A stretch of 64,000 nt of DNA from Amoebophrya sp. A120 (Eukaryota > Protista > Dinoflagellata), in contig CAJINV010000004.1 in assembly GCA_905178155.1 (NCBI GenBank), forward strand, positions 7,272,548 to 7,336,547. Reading direction: 5' to 3'. The stretch's first letter is position 1; every line of letters starts with the position of its first letter. The notes under the pieces were generated by a model. That model was not told the DNA's origin and ran no database searches. It saw only the letters and a program-made list of their open reading frames with translations. The position numbers and the translations under genes are program-made. Positions 12,755-27,100 of this stretch are shown here, one piece after another.

Positions 12755-13842
12755 GTTCTGGTTTTTTACTAGGTGAGACGAGGCGCTATATGTAAGTCGA
12801 ACAAGAACTACAGATAGGAATAGGATAGCTTCGAGGGTCGTTTAATACCGGATTATATGTCGTTTTTTCTATCGTCGTGTGGTCTAGTACTTACTAGTTC
12901 TATTAAACAATGTCGCAATGCATGAATCTCCTAAAGTACAATCATGTCTACTTCTATCTCGCTCGGACCACCCCGACCTGCTTGCATGGGTAGGAGGATT
13001 CATTGTCAAGAAGTATCGGCACGACCACAGCTCCAGATGCAAGGATAGAAGTGCATAAACTACACTTTGATAAAATTTCATCCCCCAAGAACTACGCGTA
13101 CGCTACTCAGAATTGATGACCATTTAACATTTTCGATTTTCGATCCTCACAAATAACCTGCTTCACACGTCGATCTCAACCCCTCAGGAAGCGGCTTTGG
13201 AAAGTTTTTGAACTGATCAAGCGATGTCTACGGTCTACTAGTACCGATAGGGACAAGGACAACATTTTCTTCAAAATACACATGGTGGTAGCGCAGCGGC
13301 AGCGCGCGGCGGCCATCTCTTGTTGTTACGACAAGGGACAAGTAGGTTCTGGCAATGGCCTTGTGTAATAAGTACGGGAAATTCTTTTTACTATATGCTC
13401 CGATTTAATCATCATGACTTCGTTTCATTTTCGATGCCGGTGCAAGCCCAATTACATGTGTAAAAGTGCATTGATTTCTTATTAGAAACTGTCTTGAAGA
13501 TCATCGTACACGTCAGAGCCCGAATTTTTGCACATTTGAGATCTTCGCAGTCTTTCGGCCTCATCTTCTTAAGTTGTACTTGTTATCGTGTTTTTTATAT
13601 CCATGTTTGTGAATTCTGATTTGGATCTTCGAGTTGTTGCAAGGGTCCTAGTACGACTACGTAATCAGTTTTCTATAAAAAATGCATAGACCACACGCAA
13701 ATAAGAGTTGTAAACGTAAATTAGGAAAGAAATGTCGTGTATTGAAGAAGTGAAGATAAGCAGAGTCTTTCTGTTTTTTTTTTTTGATCCGCTGGTGCTT
13801 TCGTAACCCTTGTTTTTCTCGTCAGCGAGTGTGTTGTAGTGA

Positions 13843-16800
13843 TCAATAGTCCCTGCTGGAAATGTCCGGCGGCGTCGACGCCTGTTGTTCTTGATAGTAC
13901 TGCTCTAAAAACAGTGAAGACGTGTTGGCAAAATTCTCCGCAATGAAGTCCTCTGTGTTGGAGCGCTGTCTGCTCGCCTCCTCCTCTTCAAGTAAAACGG
14001 AAGGTGATCTGGCGCACTTGTTCACCTCTGTTGGGGAGGGGTAAAAAGTGCCCTGTAGTTCTTCCTGTCCCTGCTCCGGCACGACAACTCCGCCTGCAAC
14101 ATCTTCGCAAGCAACCGAATTCATCGTGTGCGAAGACAGCGCTTGCTCCCGCGCGCGCAGCAAACTAATCCGGACCGGCTTATTCTTCGCTCCGTCGCTG
14201 CTGGCGTCATCACCAGATGATTCGGCGATCGGAGAAACGGAGGGAGGGGCTGGTAATTCTTGTTGTTGTTCTACTCCTGTCGCCCCTTTTTTAATCATTG
14301 CGGAACAAACTGCAGAAGCAGACGACCTTCTCGTAATCATATCAGTGTCTTGCCCCTGATCCTGTGGCGACGAGGTAAAAGATGTGTGCGCCGCGGAAGT
14401 TGAAATTTGTCGCAGTTGCAAGTGTTTTTTCGATCCGGGCGAGGCGGACGGCTTCCGCAACAGCGACTTCTTGTTGCTCGGACCACGAGGACCCGCCACT
14501 ACTTCCACCCAGCCCTTCAGGCTGCTGGTTTTCTTATTCCGAGCTCCTGCACTGCTAGACGGCGCCCCAGCATCTTTCGAATCAGATCGCGGTGTCCTCG
14601 TCACGGCACTACTTTTAGAAGTACTCACCGGTCGTCGCGCCTGCTGCAGCTCTCGGGACGACTGCGGGCGACGGTGCGACGTATGTTCGTGGTCGTGATC
14701 CCTCGTAGAAACTATTGCGGCCCTGGCGGTATGCGGAGCTCGTAGTTGATGCTGTTGGTGTTCTTGCCCCGTCATGGTGTTCGTGTTCCTGTTCCTCATC
14801 TCTTCATCTGCAGGAGGTACAACTTCTACACCAGCCACAGCGCTCGTCCCACCACGCGACGTTGCGGAAGTTGTACTTCTAGCACCTACACTTCTAGCAC
14901 CTACTTCCTGCAACTCGGCTTTCATTCTCAATTTCCTCTCTGGCAAAGCTGGCGAGACCGCACGGCCGAGGATCGCATCCGACTTCGTCAAAGTCTTCAA
15001 CTTTGAAGCCAAATACCCGTCGCCGCGCTTCAGGATTTTTCGCGCGGAGCCGGGTAGTCCATGTTGTGAAACTCCTGGCACTGGCGACTGGCTGCGATTC
15101 GTCGTCACAGATGAAGCTCCTCTGGTCCTGGTGGCAGCTGCCCCTCTACTATTTGCACTGTCTGACCGAGAAGATGGACCGTGCCCCGCCCGGGAATAAG
15201 CCACAGTCGGACTCTGCTTGTTTTTGTTCAGTGATGAAAAGGACGTGCTTACACCTCGTGCCACAACCGAAGCAACAAGCTTCTTCTGCACAACATTCGG
15301 CGACACTAGTGGCTTCTGCTGCGAACTTTTCACTGCTGCTCTTGGGTTCTTTGTGGCAGGAAGAACTTTCTTGAAAACGGGTCCACCATAATTATTATCA
15401 CATTCGAGCAGTAGCGTCCGATCTTCCACGATGGCAGCAAACCCGCTTGGTCCCGTGCTAGAGGAGGCCTTCGACGCAGTCAATTTGCTCGACGAGGGTG
15501 CGTATCCTGTGCAAAAGTATCGGGCTCGTTGTATCGCAATCACGCATTACAAATTTTTTTCTTATGGGACATCCGCATTACAAACCTTTCTTCTCATGCT
15601 GAGGAACTTTGTAATGCATTTACACGGGTAGGGGTACGATACTTTTGCAATGCATAGTGCGGAGGAGGAAGTAGATGATGGTTGCCGCGGTGTAGTCCCC
15701 GCCCCTGCAGCTCCCCCGGCGGAAGAAGAGTTTCCTGCTGCAACTACAAACAACGACCGACCTTGCGTCGCCTCTGCCTTTCGAAACAAATTTCCCAAAG
15801 CGACCTCTACCAGGGGAGAACCGCTGGAGCTGCTGACCCGCTGGACCAAAGATTGCTGCGTTTTATTTCTTTGCGAAGGATTGCCATGTTGATGTCCAAG
15901 AGGTCCCGTGCAGGAGCTGCCGTCGACCACACTAGAAATAACCGAGGGCACGCTGCAGGCTGGGTAAAAGTGAAAGTGCTGCATCACTTCTTGCACGGAG
16001 GAATTTCGCGATTGCATCGGCTCGTCTTCCTGGTCTTGTTCGAGTGGAATGGAGTCCGCTTCGTAATAGGAGGAGGAAGCTTGCTTTGAAAACGAGTTTT
16101 GACTGTAGAAAGCCTGCTGGTCGTAGTGCTGTTGGGAGGACCGTTGCTGGTAATCTGGCTGCAGCTGCGACTCGTAGAACTCCTCCGGGCTTGAACAAGC
16201 CGGCGGCTGCGACTTCGTGCGAGTGCTGATTTGCAACGGGGAAATCGACTGCTCGCTGACGCTGTTGTGGCCATCGCCGTCTTCGAAATCATTTTTCGCC
16301 TGCTGCGGAAGCGGATCGTTTGCAAGAACTGCATTCTGTGGTTGATCATGGAGAAGATCATGTCCACCTGCTACTGCAGCTACTGGGATATTATCACGAG
16401 CTGCAAAAACTGTCGGTGACTCATCTTCGGGTGACGGCGACAATTCGAGACTGTCATCGACCTTTTTGCTCGACGAGCAGGGAACAGCTTCTACACCAGG
16501 CTTGTAGTTTCTTGGATATTCTTCACCTTCATTGTCATTCATGTTGGTGTGAAACAGCTTCTTCATATTATCGTCGACCGGCCCTGCTTCTAGAGGCATC
16601 TCATCTCGTGGTCCAGCTGGAGCCACGTTGTTGCTGTTCGCCATCTCCACCAAATGCGGCGGTGCAAAATCATCCGCGAAGATGTTTCTACCCGCATGCT
16701 ATGCATTGCAAATATGTCTGGGTCTGGAACAAGGATGCAACTTGTGATGCTGCATTTGGATTCTACACAAATCTGTATTGCATGAACAGCAAAAGAGGTC

Positions 16801-19800
16801 CAGTTTTTGCCACGGCGAGAGACCATTTCTCATGCGGTGTAGGCATCAGGAAACCCTCACAAAATCTGTGATGCTAGGGCATGCATCACAGACATCGGGA
16901 ATCATGCAAAATGTGCATGACAAACCTTGCCTCCTTCCAGGCCCAGACATATTTGCACTTGATACATGCTCTTCAAATCCCTTGTTTCGCTCGTACGGTG
17001 TATGCCGCCTGTTTGGGGACAGATACGTCCTTTCACGACGCTGCACGGAATAGTTGCTGGTGCTGGCCGCGTGGTCGGGCGAACTACCAGGATATAATTC
17101 TACTACTCCTCCTGCATGGTCTACGGTCGGCGGAGGTGCTCTGGTCGGTGGATGTGGCGAATTCTTTGTCGGCGCTGGAAGTGGCGCTTCCGGGATGCTG
17201 TCGTGTCCCTCCACGTGGTCCGGGGGCAAAAGAGCAACATCTTGCGTTCTTTCTTCTTGATGCAGAAGAACCTCCGGCGGTTCATCTTCGGAGTAGCTGT
17301 TTTGACTACACCATCCTCTGCAAAAGTTGTATCGCAGTCGTAGGAATTGCAGTAATGCATGACACATTTAACTTTCTAACGGAGTATTTTGTTCTTGAAA
17401 AAATTTGTGATGCAAGTCAGACTAGTACGATACTTTTGCAATGCATATCCACCCGCTATTCGCCGAGAACTGCTCGGGGAAGAGCGCCCGGTAGTTATCC
17501 AGGAAAGAAACACCCACTCCCATCCAATTTGTCATGCAAAACATGCATAAGCTGCAGTTTTTGTCATGCAAAAAATGGATGGAGATGGCTGTTTTTTCCT
17601 GGATAGTAGTTGCAGCTGTAGTCCTCGTTCTGCAAGGTAGAGGCTGCGAGGACTCCTCCAGCATGATCGTCGGAAGGATTCTGACTTGTTTTCTCGTCTT
17701 CGTAATCCACCCAGCACTCCTGCTCGGGAGGCTGCTCCTGGTACGACGTCGGCACTAAATCGACGTGTGCGATGTTGAAACCGGACTCGTAGTATGGCTG
17801 GTCTTCTTGTTCATTTTCTTCATCTTGCCCTAGGTGACGCCCATGCCGATGCCCATCTTGGCCATAAACAAGAGCGGCCTTCTGGTGTCCTTCTTGGTGC
17901 AGAAATATTTCAGCATAAGCTCCTTGGTCCTGTACATGATCTACGATCCCGCCGAAGATCTTCTGTTGCTGCAGGAGCTGGGCGTCGCGCAAGACCTCCT
18001 CCCGGGTATCATGTGCACAAGTTGTATCGCGCTACTCGTGACGGTGATCCTGATCGCAATACTGCATGACAGATCTGCATGTGTTGTTCGCTAATCAGCA
18101 CTACAAGCTCCATTTTTCATGCTAGGCATCAAACTTGTAATGCAATCTCTACGTCGTGGTACGATACTTTTTCAATTCATACCGGGCTTTGTTCAGCAAC
18201 GGGGTGACCTGGACCTGCAGTTCCTCCTTGCTCGGAAACGACCCGTCCTCGTTCAGCTTGATCGGGGAAGTTATTTTGATTTGTCGGGTTGGGCTACCTA
18301 TCCTGTGTAAAAGTAATATCGTACTCGTGGTAATTGCAGTCATGCATTACAATTTGTTTTCGTAAGGTAAATCCGCATGGCAAATTTTATTTTTCTTGCT
18401 GAGGAAATTATTTGTGATGCATTTATACGAGTACGATACTTTTGCAATGCATACTACCTTCGTAGGGGCCCTGGACTTGAAACTCACCAACCAAAACTAC
18501 GGGCTCTGCGGTGGAGGAAGAAGAGGAGGCCTGAAAACAAGATTAATTTCATCAATATGGAATTTATTGTATGTGCAAAGTAGACTACTTAGTTCGACGA
18601 GTGTCATTTGTGTGCTTGCATGACAAACCACGGCAACAATACCTGCGGCGGCTCCTCGTTGAACACAAACCGTGGTGGTGACGGAAAAACTACGGGCGCC
18701 ACCCTCCTGCCCGATCCCGGCGGGGACCCGATGCCAGTGACGGCCTCAGCGACGGCTTGCTCCTGCCCTGCAAACGCGTACTGCGTCGGAATGAAGGGCG
18801 GCGCGCCGGGGGAGAGCGTGGATGCTTCGAGCAATTGAGACGAGGAGTTCAAATTGATTTTTTCCATTTGTGCTGCCATATCCACGGTTTTCTTACTTAT
18901 AGAATCTTCCGTCGCGAACAAAGTTTTCTTCAGCTGTTGCTGCTGCGTAGTTGTGCTACCACCAGCAGCTGCACCATCTTCAAATACCGGTGGCTGTAGG
19001 ATGTCGAAAGTTAAAACATCCTCATTCGCGACACTGTCGTGGAAGGCGGCCTGCATCATGTGGCGAACTTCGGTGGGACGGACGAGAGAAGATGGATAAT
19101 TTTTCTGCATTTCATTTCCTCCTCCCGCGTTCATTCCCGCCAGCAACTTTTCTTTCCGCATCTCGACCTGTTCCTCGACGCTGACACTTCTTTCCCGCTG
19201 CTGTTGTTTCTCATTCATCTCCTCTTCAAAATGCACCGCTTCCATCACGGACTGCGTTACCAACTCCCCTCGCAGCTGCTGTCTCGCGACAAAAGCGCCG
19301 TCGGTTGCTCGGGAAACGACGTCCGCTTGCAGCGTTGAAACAGGTCGTGGGGCGGGGTGGTTGGAATCAGTATGCGTATTCACCAATCTGCTCGTCGGGG
19401 AAACAAGGTCTAGATTAAGGTTGATTTCCAGTTCGTCCACACTTGTTTTCATGATCTCTCGCTGATGTGGTTTCATTCTTTTTATCGCTTCGATTTGTTC
19501 ATCCGCCATCGCCTGCGGAACAAGGGGAATCGGGCTTATCGTCAACCCCTCTTGGACGTGCACCAGTTCCACATCCCGATCTCGCACAATCGCGGGAACG
19601 GAATTGTTCATAATTTCGACAGGTGCTGGAGGGGCGGTTTTGCTCAAAGATTCTTCCTGGTTTATTTGCCGTACCTGCGTCGAGGGTGATTTCGAAGAAG
19701 AAGAAGAACTTGAACTCCCAGCAACAGCAGCACCAAACAGTGTCGTACTAGGAAAACCACCGCTCGTCGGCGACTTCGAACGGCGGTAGTCCGGTAAGTT

Positions 19801-22800
19801 CCAGGTCATCGGCGCGTTCCTGATTCTGGTCGCGGCCGCCGGTAAGGAGCTCCGCACGGTTGGAATAATTCCGCCGGGAGAGGGCGCAAGGCGGGGCGGT
19901 GGACCAGAAGTTGTTGTAGCTGTTGCCCTCTCGTCGCGGGAAGCCTGCGGCGAGGAAGACGGGAGTCGTGCAGCGGCGGTGGCCGACGTCCCGCGGATCA
20001 CCGTTGGTGGCGAGGTCAACATCCCGTAGCTTACCGATTGGCCCAGCCTTGTCGGCGGCGACGCGAGCGGAGGTAGTTCTTGTTGTTGAACCACTATGCA
20101 CTGCAAAAGCATCGCACTAGTATGTTTCGCATGACAAATTTTCTCAAGAAAAAAAGTGCAATTTCTCATGTAGAGTCAGGTAAGAAACGTAGACTTGTCG
20201 TGCAATCGTGTGATTTTAGTAGGAGTACGATACTTTTGCAAAGGATACTAGCCACCGGTTGTACTCCTGGTGCTCGCCTTTCATCTTCTCCCGGGGACGT
20301 CGTCGCCACGAGTCCCACTGCGGTTGCCGCTCGCGGCCTGGTTGAGGCGACCGTCGCACGATTGTTCATCAACCTTGTTCCGGGCGAGCGCGAGGTGGAG
20401 GACGTATTCAAATAAGCCACCCCTGTGCTCCTGCGGTTGGAGCTACTGTCCTGCTCTCCGGAACAAGCAGTAGATGGACCCCGAAATGCAACTCCACCAG
20501 GCACCACGCGAGCTAAAGACGTAGCTGACGCGGACAATCTCGATGCTGAACTCGACGCCATGCGATTCGCCATGCGGTTCATCAGGTCTGGCAGCGGCCT
20601 ATGGCTCTTGTACGGCATGATCGGTATAATTTTCTGCTGCTTTATTTCCGGGTCGTAGGGCATCGGTTGCCCGGTTCGCAAATCTATCGTCCACACCTGG
20701 CCTTCGGGAAGACGCGGGGAGAGCTGCCGGGTCACGACTTGCTCCGTTGTGTCTGTAGTTCCGGGTGGTGGGAACTGAGCGTTTTCGAGATCTCTTTGCT
20801 GATGCTGTGCAGTCGAAGTAGATGCGGGCGAAATAGAAGGCGGCGTCGCACCAGCACCTCCAGTCGGGGCAGGAACGGGAACTGCAATTGGTGGTGGTTT
20901 ATTATTATTTACTATTTGTTGTACGGCATTATTCGGACCACTAGCACTAGCAGCTCCACCTGGCACGACAGGTCTCTGCCCGGTAGGAAGATGCGCAGCT
21001 GGAGGACCTGCAGGATAACTATCATCTTCTCTCAGCGGCACGATCAGCTCGGTCGCTGCTGGCGGTGGTCTGATTGATTCTTCTTGGTCAACAACAGCGT
21101 CCATTTGAAGTAGATCATGCCCCCCTGCAAGAACGGCGACGTTTTCCGTCTTCCTGGATGAAGATGCGCTGTCACGTGGCAACCTGGGTTTCAGCTGCAT
21201 CGGCTGCACGACAACCGGCACGGTCGTTCTTGGTTGCAAAACCGGCGTGACAATCTGCGGCAGCGGTCGGCTGATCTGCTGCTGCGGGGCGAGCAGTTGT
21301 TGCGGCAGCGGGTGCGGCTGAATTATGTGTTGCTGTTGGCTGGGCACGATGACATCTTGTGCAGCTTGATGTGCTGTTGACCCAGCAGCGGTATTAGTAG
21401 AAGATGGCGCGGCACTTACTATTTTCCCCCCACCTCCCGCAAACACCGGCTGCGCGCCAGTTGGCACGGGGAAAGCCGCAGGAGCCGTCGCCCGATTTTG
21501 ATGTTGCGGTTGCCACGGTTGTAGATGATTGCCTGCTTGTTTCATGAACCTGTTTGTCGCTTGGAAAGCCGTTTGCCCGGTCGTGGAAATCATTTGTTTC
21601 TTGTGGTTCTTATGCTGTGCCAAAGTTATTTCGCACTCGTTGTACAAATTGCAGTCATTGATGTGGTCGTGCATGACAAACCTCTGTCCAAACCTGAAAC
21701 AACATTTCACAAAGTCAACCTCTGTCTGTGCCCAAATTTGTGAAGATCATGGAGATGCTATTTATACTAACTAGTGCGATTACGATGCTTTCGCAACGCA
21801 TAGTTCTCGATCGTTTCGTCGTGCGTGTTCAAGTGTTGCTGGAGTTCCGCCAGTTCCTGCTCGAGTTTCAAAAGCTCTGCGACGCCGGTTGGATCCTCTA
21901 CTGCACTGATGTCCACCTCTCCCCCTCCTCCTCCGCCTCCCGTGCTTCTCCCCGCTTCCAGCGCCGATACCCTTTTTTCCAGCGAATTCTTCTCCCGCAG
22001 CTCATGCCCGTTCACTTGGACGAGACCCTCTAACGCGGCCAGTCAAATGCAAATATGTCTGGGCCTGGAAACTTGTGATCCTAAAATGTGCATGATGGAA
22101 ATACTATCGAATGCAGACCAGCATGACAACTTTCCGGAGCACTTTCTCATAGGCAGCCCGCATGAGAAACTGCGTTTTTGCATGACAAAAATGGGTGCGG
22201 CTTTATTTGTCGGTTAGCAATACAGATTTCCCAGGTATGTAAAGCGAGCATTACAAGTTCCAACTTTCCAGACCCAGACATATTTGCATTTGATACAGCC
22301 AACCCACTACTCATCTGCTCCACCATGTTGGATACCTCGACCGTGTTGGAGAACCGTATCCAGGAAAAAACACCCATCCCCCTCCTTTTCCTTATGATCC
22401 AATTTGTCATGCATAACACGCGTAACATCCAGTGTTTGCCATGCAAAAGATGGATGGGTGTGTTTGTTTTTTCCTGGATAAACCGCACCTTGCTGCTACT
22501 GTTGCTCGTGTTCCGCCGCATCGTCGATTCCTTGTCCGCAACAAATTCTTCATCCGACCCGACAATCGCACTGTCGTGAGCCGGAATCCGCGGTCCCAGC
22601 GACCGCCGGGTTTGGCTGGGCCGACGTGTACTATTTTCTTGAACACCTACTCCACCCCCTCCGCCGCTTTGTTGCGACGCCTCCACCGTCGGCGCACGTT
22701 CGGACCCGGCCGGTCTAGCATGCGGTTTCATCGCCGCGGCGTGGTAACCTGGTCTCCCGGGAGTTGCGGAAGACGAGCTCAGGGCAGCGTGCACGGCGAT

Positions 22801-23430
22801 GGACTCGATCCTGCTTCTGCCCAGTGCGGGGGCCGTACCAGAAGTGATCGGCTGCGATGGAGATCTGCTGTTCCGGCTCTTTGGCGACGATAGTCTACCA
22901 CGACCAGCGGCAGTTGTACCACCACGCCTATTTTGTTGAACATGATGTGTTGCGATCAGATCCGCCGCATGGACCTTCGGCGTAGCTTGCACGGCTGGTG
23001 GGGGTCTACGCTGGAGAAGTCCGGTGGCCGAGGTCGGGTTTGATGCAGTACTACTTGTGGGAAAATTTTTCGCCGAGGACATTGCAGGTTGCTGGTGACT
23101 ACCGCTACCACCTGTAGCACCCGTCTTGTTCGTCCCCGCCTCGGCGCGAGATCTCGGGCTGAACTTCTTTCTCGGACTGTTCCTCCTCGCTTTCGACGGA
23201 CTCGAGGCGCCGAGCGTCTTCGCCATACGCAGTAGCTCCTCGACGTTTTGCTCTGCGTGGCCAGGGACGAGATTTTTATTGCCCTGTAAAGACGATGAGG
23301 ACCCTGCTCCTGGCGCTTTCTTCCTCGGCGAAGTACTAGACGTTTTCATCTTGCGTGGCTGGGAAGGCTGGATACCGACCTGCTTCCGCAGATCGGATTT
23401 TGAGCTCGACGCATTGGAAAGTGGGATCAT
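13843..23430 (-). CDS. Large low-complexity (S/P/Q/A-rich) hypothetical protein; 10 introners; may be more than one gene
   Basis: Long minus-strand ORFs (22147-23430, 20166-21710, 18604-20169, 15562-16653, 13843-15543) break at the elements. Short coiled-coil segment near 21800-22015. No family recognised. Confidence 0.5.
15503..15656. mobile_element. Introner family A
   Basis: Family A TIR; flanks GTGCG/GTGCG. Confidence 0.9.
16700..16964. mobile_element. Introner family B
   Basis: Family B TIR; flanks CATGC/CATGC. Confidence 0.9.
17312..17447. mobile_element. Introner family A (diverged)
   Basis: Family A TIR starting CAT; flanks TACAC/TCCAC. Confidence 0.75.
17496..17605. mobile_element. 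Introner family C
   Basis: TIR TATCCAGGAAA; flanks GTAGT/GTAGT. Confidence 0.9.
18007..18181. mobile_element. Introner family A (diverged)
   Basis: Degenerate family A TIR; flanks CCGGG/CCGGG. Confidence 0.75.
18299..18453. mobile_element. Introner family A
   Basis: Family A TIR; flanks CTACC/CTACC. Confidence 0.9.
20095..20247. mobile_element. Introner family A
   Basis: Family A TIR; flanking repeat not recognisable. Confidence 0.75.
21611..21802. mobile_element. Introner family A (diverged)
   Basis: Degenerate family A TIR; flanks GTTCT/GTTCT. Confidence 0.75.
22041..22295. mobile_element. Introner family B (B3 interior)
   Basis: TIR TCAAATGCAAATATGTCTGGG, left end mutated; flanks CGGCC/CAGCC. 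Confidence 0.85.
22357..22480. mobile_element. Introner family C
   Basis: TIR TATCCAGGAAAAAA; flanks AACCG/AACCG. Confidence 0.9.
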
Positions 23431-24153
23431 CTTTGCTTTCTATGTTTGGTTTTGGTACTAAGTACCGCTTCTGGTTTTGATTCTGAAGACCCCTCCACGA
23501 CCTAAGTCACTCGAAAGTTCAATTCCTCTTCGTTCAGGGGTCCAAAGCGGCACAAAAGTAGAAGAAACTGCGCTCGTCTTTCTTCCTCCCATAACCGTTT
23601 CACTTGGTCTGAAAGACAAAGATCTCACGTAGTAGCAATCCTAAACAGAAACTTACTCAGCCTCTCTTCTTCAGCACAGCTCTAACTCACTCAACTTTTT
23701 TTGCCGAAGGTGAACATCAAGGTCATCCTTTTCATTCTGTTCAACAGAATCAAACAAGGAGACTCTACTACTTCCTCAAAAGCAGGTAACACAGCTCCTG
23801 AGGCAGAAAAAGCATACTGCGATGATTTGAAATTCAGTTGCGTACGTACTACTTCTGCGTGAAGATGAACTACACGATGAAGAAGTTAAAAAGATACAAA
23901 AAAGGATGCATTTCTTGGGTTCAAACGGACCCTTGAAGCAGTTTTCATCCCTTGAACTTTAGTGCATGCTACTTAATCAGTTCGTGCTCAGATGACATCG
24001 TACCAAAAGCCGCTTTCTTGCTGCTGAATGTAAAACGAAAATTTGAATTGATAAAACCTGTTTCTACTCTGTATTCTCAGATGACTATAAAGTGGTTGTA
24101 TCGAAAGGCAGAACACGGACACGCACTGATCATGCCAAAAACTACATGCTCTC

Positions 24154-27100
24154 CTACCAGTTATGCACCTGCGTGTCCCAGTAAATCCTCTTCGGGTGAT
24201 CGGCCGAGGCCATTTGCATCATGTTCATCAGCACTCCATCGGTTTCCGCCATCCCGTTTGCAATACTCTCGTCGTAGATTTCCCGCTCCAAATTGGTCGC
24301 TTTCAGGAAATAGGGCACGTTGGGGTATGGATTTGTCAGGATCGAAATCGACAAAGTTGAAATAATTTCTCATGCATAAAATGCAAGGCATTAAGTGCCT
24401 CTCTTGCAGGGATGGCAAGCGAGGCCGATTGTGTGCCTGTTTAGGGTTTAGGACAGAGCTGCTAAAGGAGCATGACAAAAGCAGCCCTCTGTGCCCAAAC
24501 AGCATGACAAACTGGAGTTAGACGGTGCCGAAATTTGTCATGCGGCGCTTGATAAGTAGGCCTCCATCTGGTATCGGTTTTACGCATTACAAATCTTTTC
24601 AACTTTGAAGATTTCAATCCTGACACTCCCATATGGGGTCGTACTGGCGTCGCTCCATCGAAATGTCTGCGCCGAACATGCCGTGCCACTATCAAAAGCA
24701 AATATTTCTGGGTCTGGAAGACTGCCAGGTTTGTCATGCATAATTTGCACGACCAGCGATACCTGTAATGCACGACCTCGCATCACAGGTTTTTAGAGGG
24801 GGGCTCCCTGAAGATGCCTATACCGCATGAGAAATACCCTCTCCGCGTAAGTAGCACAAACTGGACTCCTCTTGCTGGTCATGCAATACAGACTGTTTCA
24901 CAATCCAAAGACAGCATCACAAGCTGCATCCTTAGAGACCCAGACATATTTGCCATGCATAGCCACATGTACATGCTCAATTGACACGGCGTCCGCCCCA
25001 TCACATCGATTTTCCGGATCCACTTCCGATTGGGAAACAAATCCAGATAGCTCTCCTCCGTCCGAAAGTGCTCAAACGCGTTGGCGTAAAACTCCAACGG
25101 CCGGTTCTGTATTCGGTCCCTGTGCACGATAAACTGTACACAGCAATACGCGTTCACCTGCCCCGCGACCGGCGACGGGGCGACGGAGGATTGGAAGACC
25201 TTTTTCCACAGTCGCGGCCACTCAAAATCGTCCGCAATATCGCCGCTGTCCTGCTTGCAAAACCGGCTAAAGATCCCCATCTCCTGGATTTTCTGCTCGG
25301 GCTCGCGGTCGGACTTTCTCTTTCTCTGCTCGTTGGACGTGGACACCTGGAGCCGCTTGTCTGTCACTTCCCAGCTGTAGGAGGGTCGTCGTGGGATGAT
25401 ACTTTTGATGTTGGAGGAGGTGGAGGCAACCTTTCTCCTTCTCATGGTTTGTGTTTGCGTTTGCACCGCTCCATGAAATTCAAACTCTTCTTCCTCGTCC
25501 CCGGCAATATAATTTGTAGTACCCTGTGAAGTAGGTCCAGCCCCATGCGCGGCCGCCAACCGCGCCGGGTTCGGATTCACTCTGCTAGTACTTCTACCAG
25601 TCAAGTGCCTGCTCACCGACTCGTAACTCGCGGCGAGCATTTGCTCCTCCTGCGATTTCACGTGTTCCTTGCACTGCTCTTTCAATTTCTCCACCCCCTC
25701 CCCCAGTTTCACGTAGTTGTGTATGCAATGCAAAAGCATCGTGATCGTACTCGTATAAATGCATGACAAATTTCCTCAGTATGAGAAAGTAAATTTGTAA
25801 TGCTGATTTACCATAAGAAAAAAAATTGTAATGCATGATTGCAATACGAGTACGATACATGATTTGCAAAGGATACTGTGCGCCAGATGCGCGAACTTCA
25901 AGTCGTCCACAAACCCCGCGATCGCCGCCAGCATCAGCTCCGTGACCATGTTCAGGTGCGGAATGTGCTCGCCCACGTCGGCGTGCAGGAAGATGGTGTG
26001 CCGCGGCAGCTTGTGGTAATAGAGCAGAATATACCCCAAGTACGCACTGTATGGCGTTCTCAAGTGTTACATTCTCAACTGTTACATGATTTGTAATGCA
26101 AAATCACAATCAGAATCGACACGATCAAGCTGCTTCGCATGACAAATTCTCGAAGAGCCATACAGGCTGATAATCTTTGCCAGATCTGTCATGCAAGAGG
26201 CGCAAGGTGACCCCTTTCACTTTTGCCATTCTTGCATCACAAATCCATGCAACAATTGAGAATGTAACAGTTGAGAACGCCATACACTGCAGTCGTCCGC
26301 CCGTAAAACGTCGTCGACAAAATCCACCGTGAACTCTATGAAAGCCTCAGAATGGAAATTCTCAAAGTGGAAATAATTTGTGATGCATGAAATGCGACAC
26401 CAAAAGGACTGTATTGCAGAGGACGCAATGGAGGCCGACTATCGTGCTTCTACGGGTTCAGAATTGGGCTGCTGATTAGCACGAGAGAAGGGCACACCTT
26501 TGCCCTAACTAGCATGACAGACATGTTTTGAGTGCCCGGGAACTGTGTCATGCGCCGATTAGAAGTGGCGCTTCAACTGGAATCGTTTTTTTGCATTACA
26601 AATCATTTCCACTTTGAGGATTTCCATTCTGAGGCTTTCATAAATTCGCGGAAAAACGGCTTCCAACGGTCGACAAGCCGGGCGCGCTCCTTTTGCTCGC
26701 CCTGGGGAGTAGGTAGTAGTTTGGATGGTGACAGCACTATACAGAATGGACGTTCTACTTCTACGCGCTGCACACAATGAAGTGGTGGCAACATCCAGAT
26801 ACAGTTACAGTTTCATCAGCATGCAAAGTGGATAACCTAAGTAAGTACATATACAACGACCTTCCTGGTTCTGGTCGTAAAGAACGCAAAGAGATGAGAT
26901 CATGACTACTACTTATACCAGTTGCGGGCACTTGTGAAGCACTCGTATGTTGAGCCACTTCCGCACCAGGTCGCTGTGATCCTCGTCCGTGAAGGGCAGT
27001 TTCCAGAACACCGTGAGCCAGTCCAAGTCTTCCTGGCAGTAGCAGATCACCACGTCCACCGGAGCGAAATCCGACCGGATGCTGTATCTCAAATCCATGA

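Noticed and set aside
13281-13360. tRNA gene
   Set aside because: Only a D-arm-like part is present, with no anticodon arm, T arm or matching acceptor stem.
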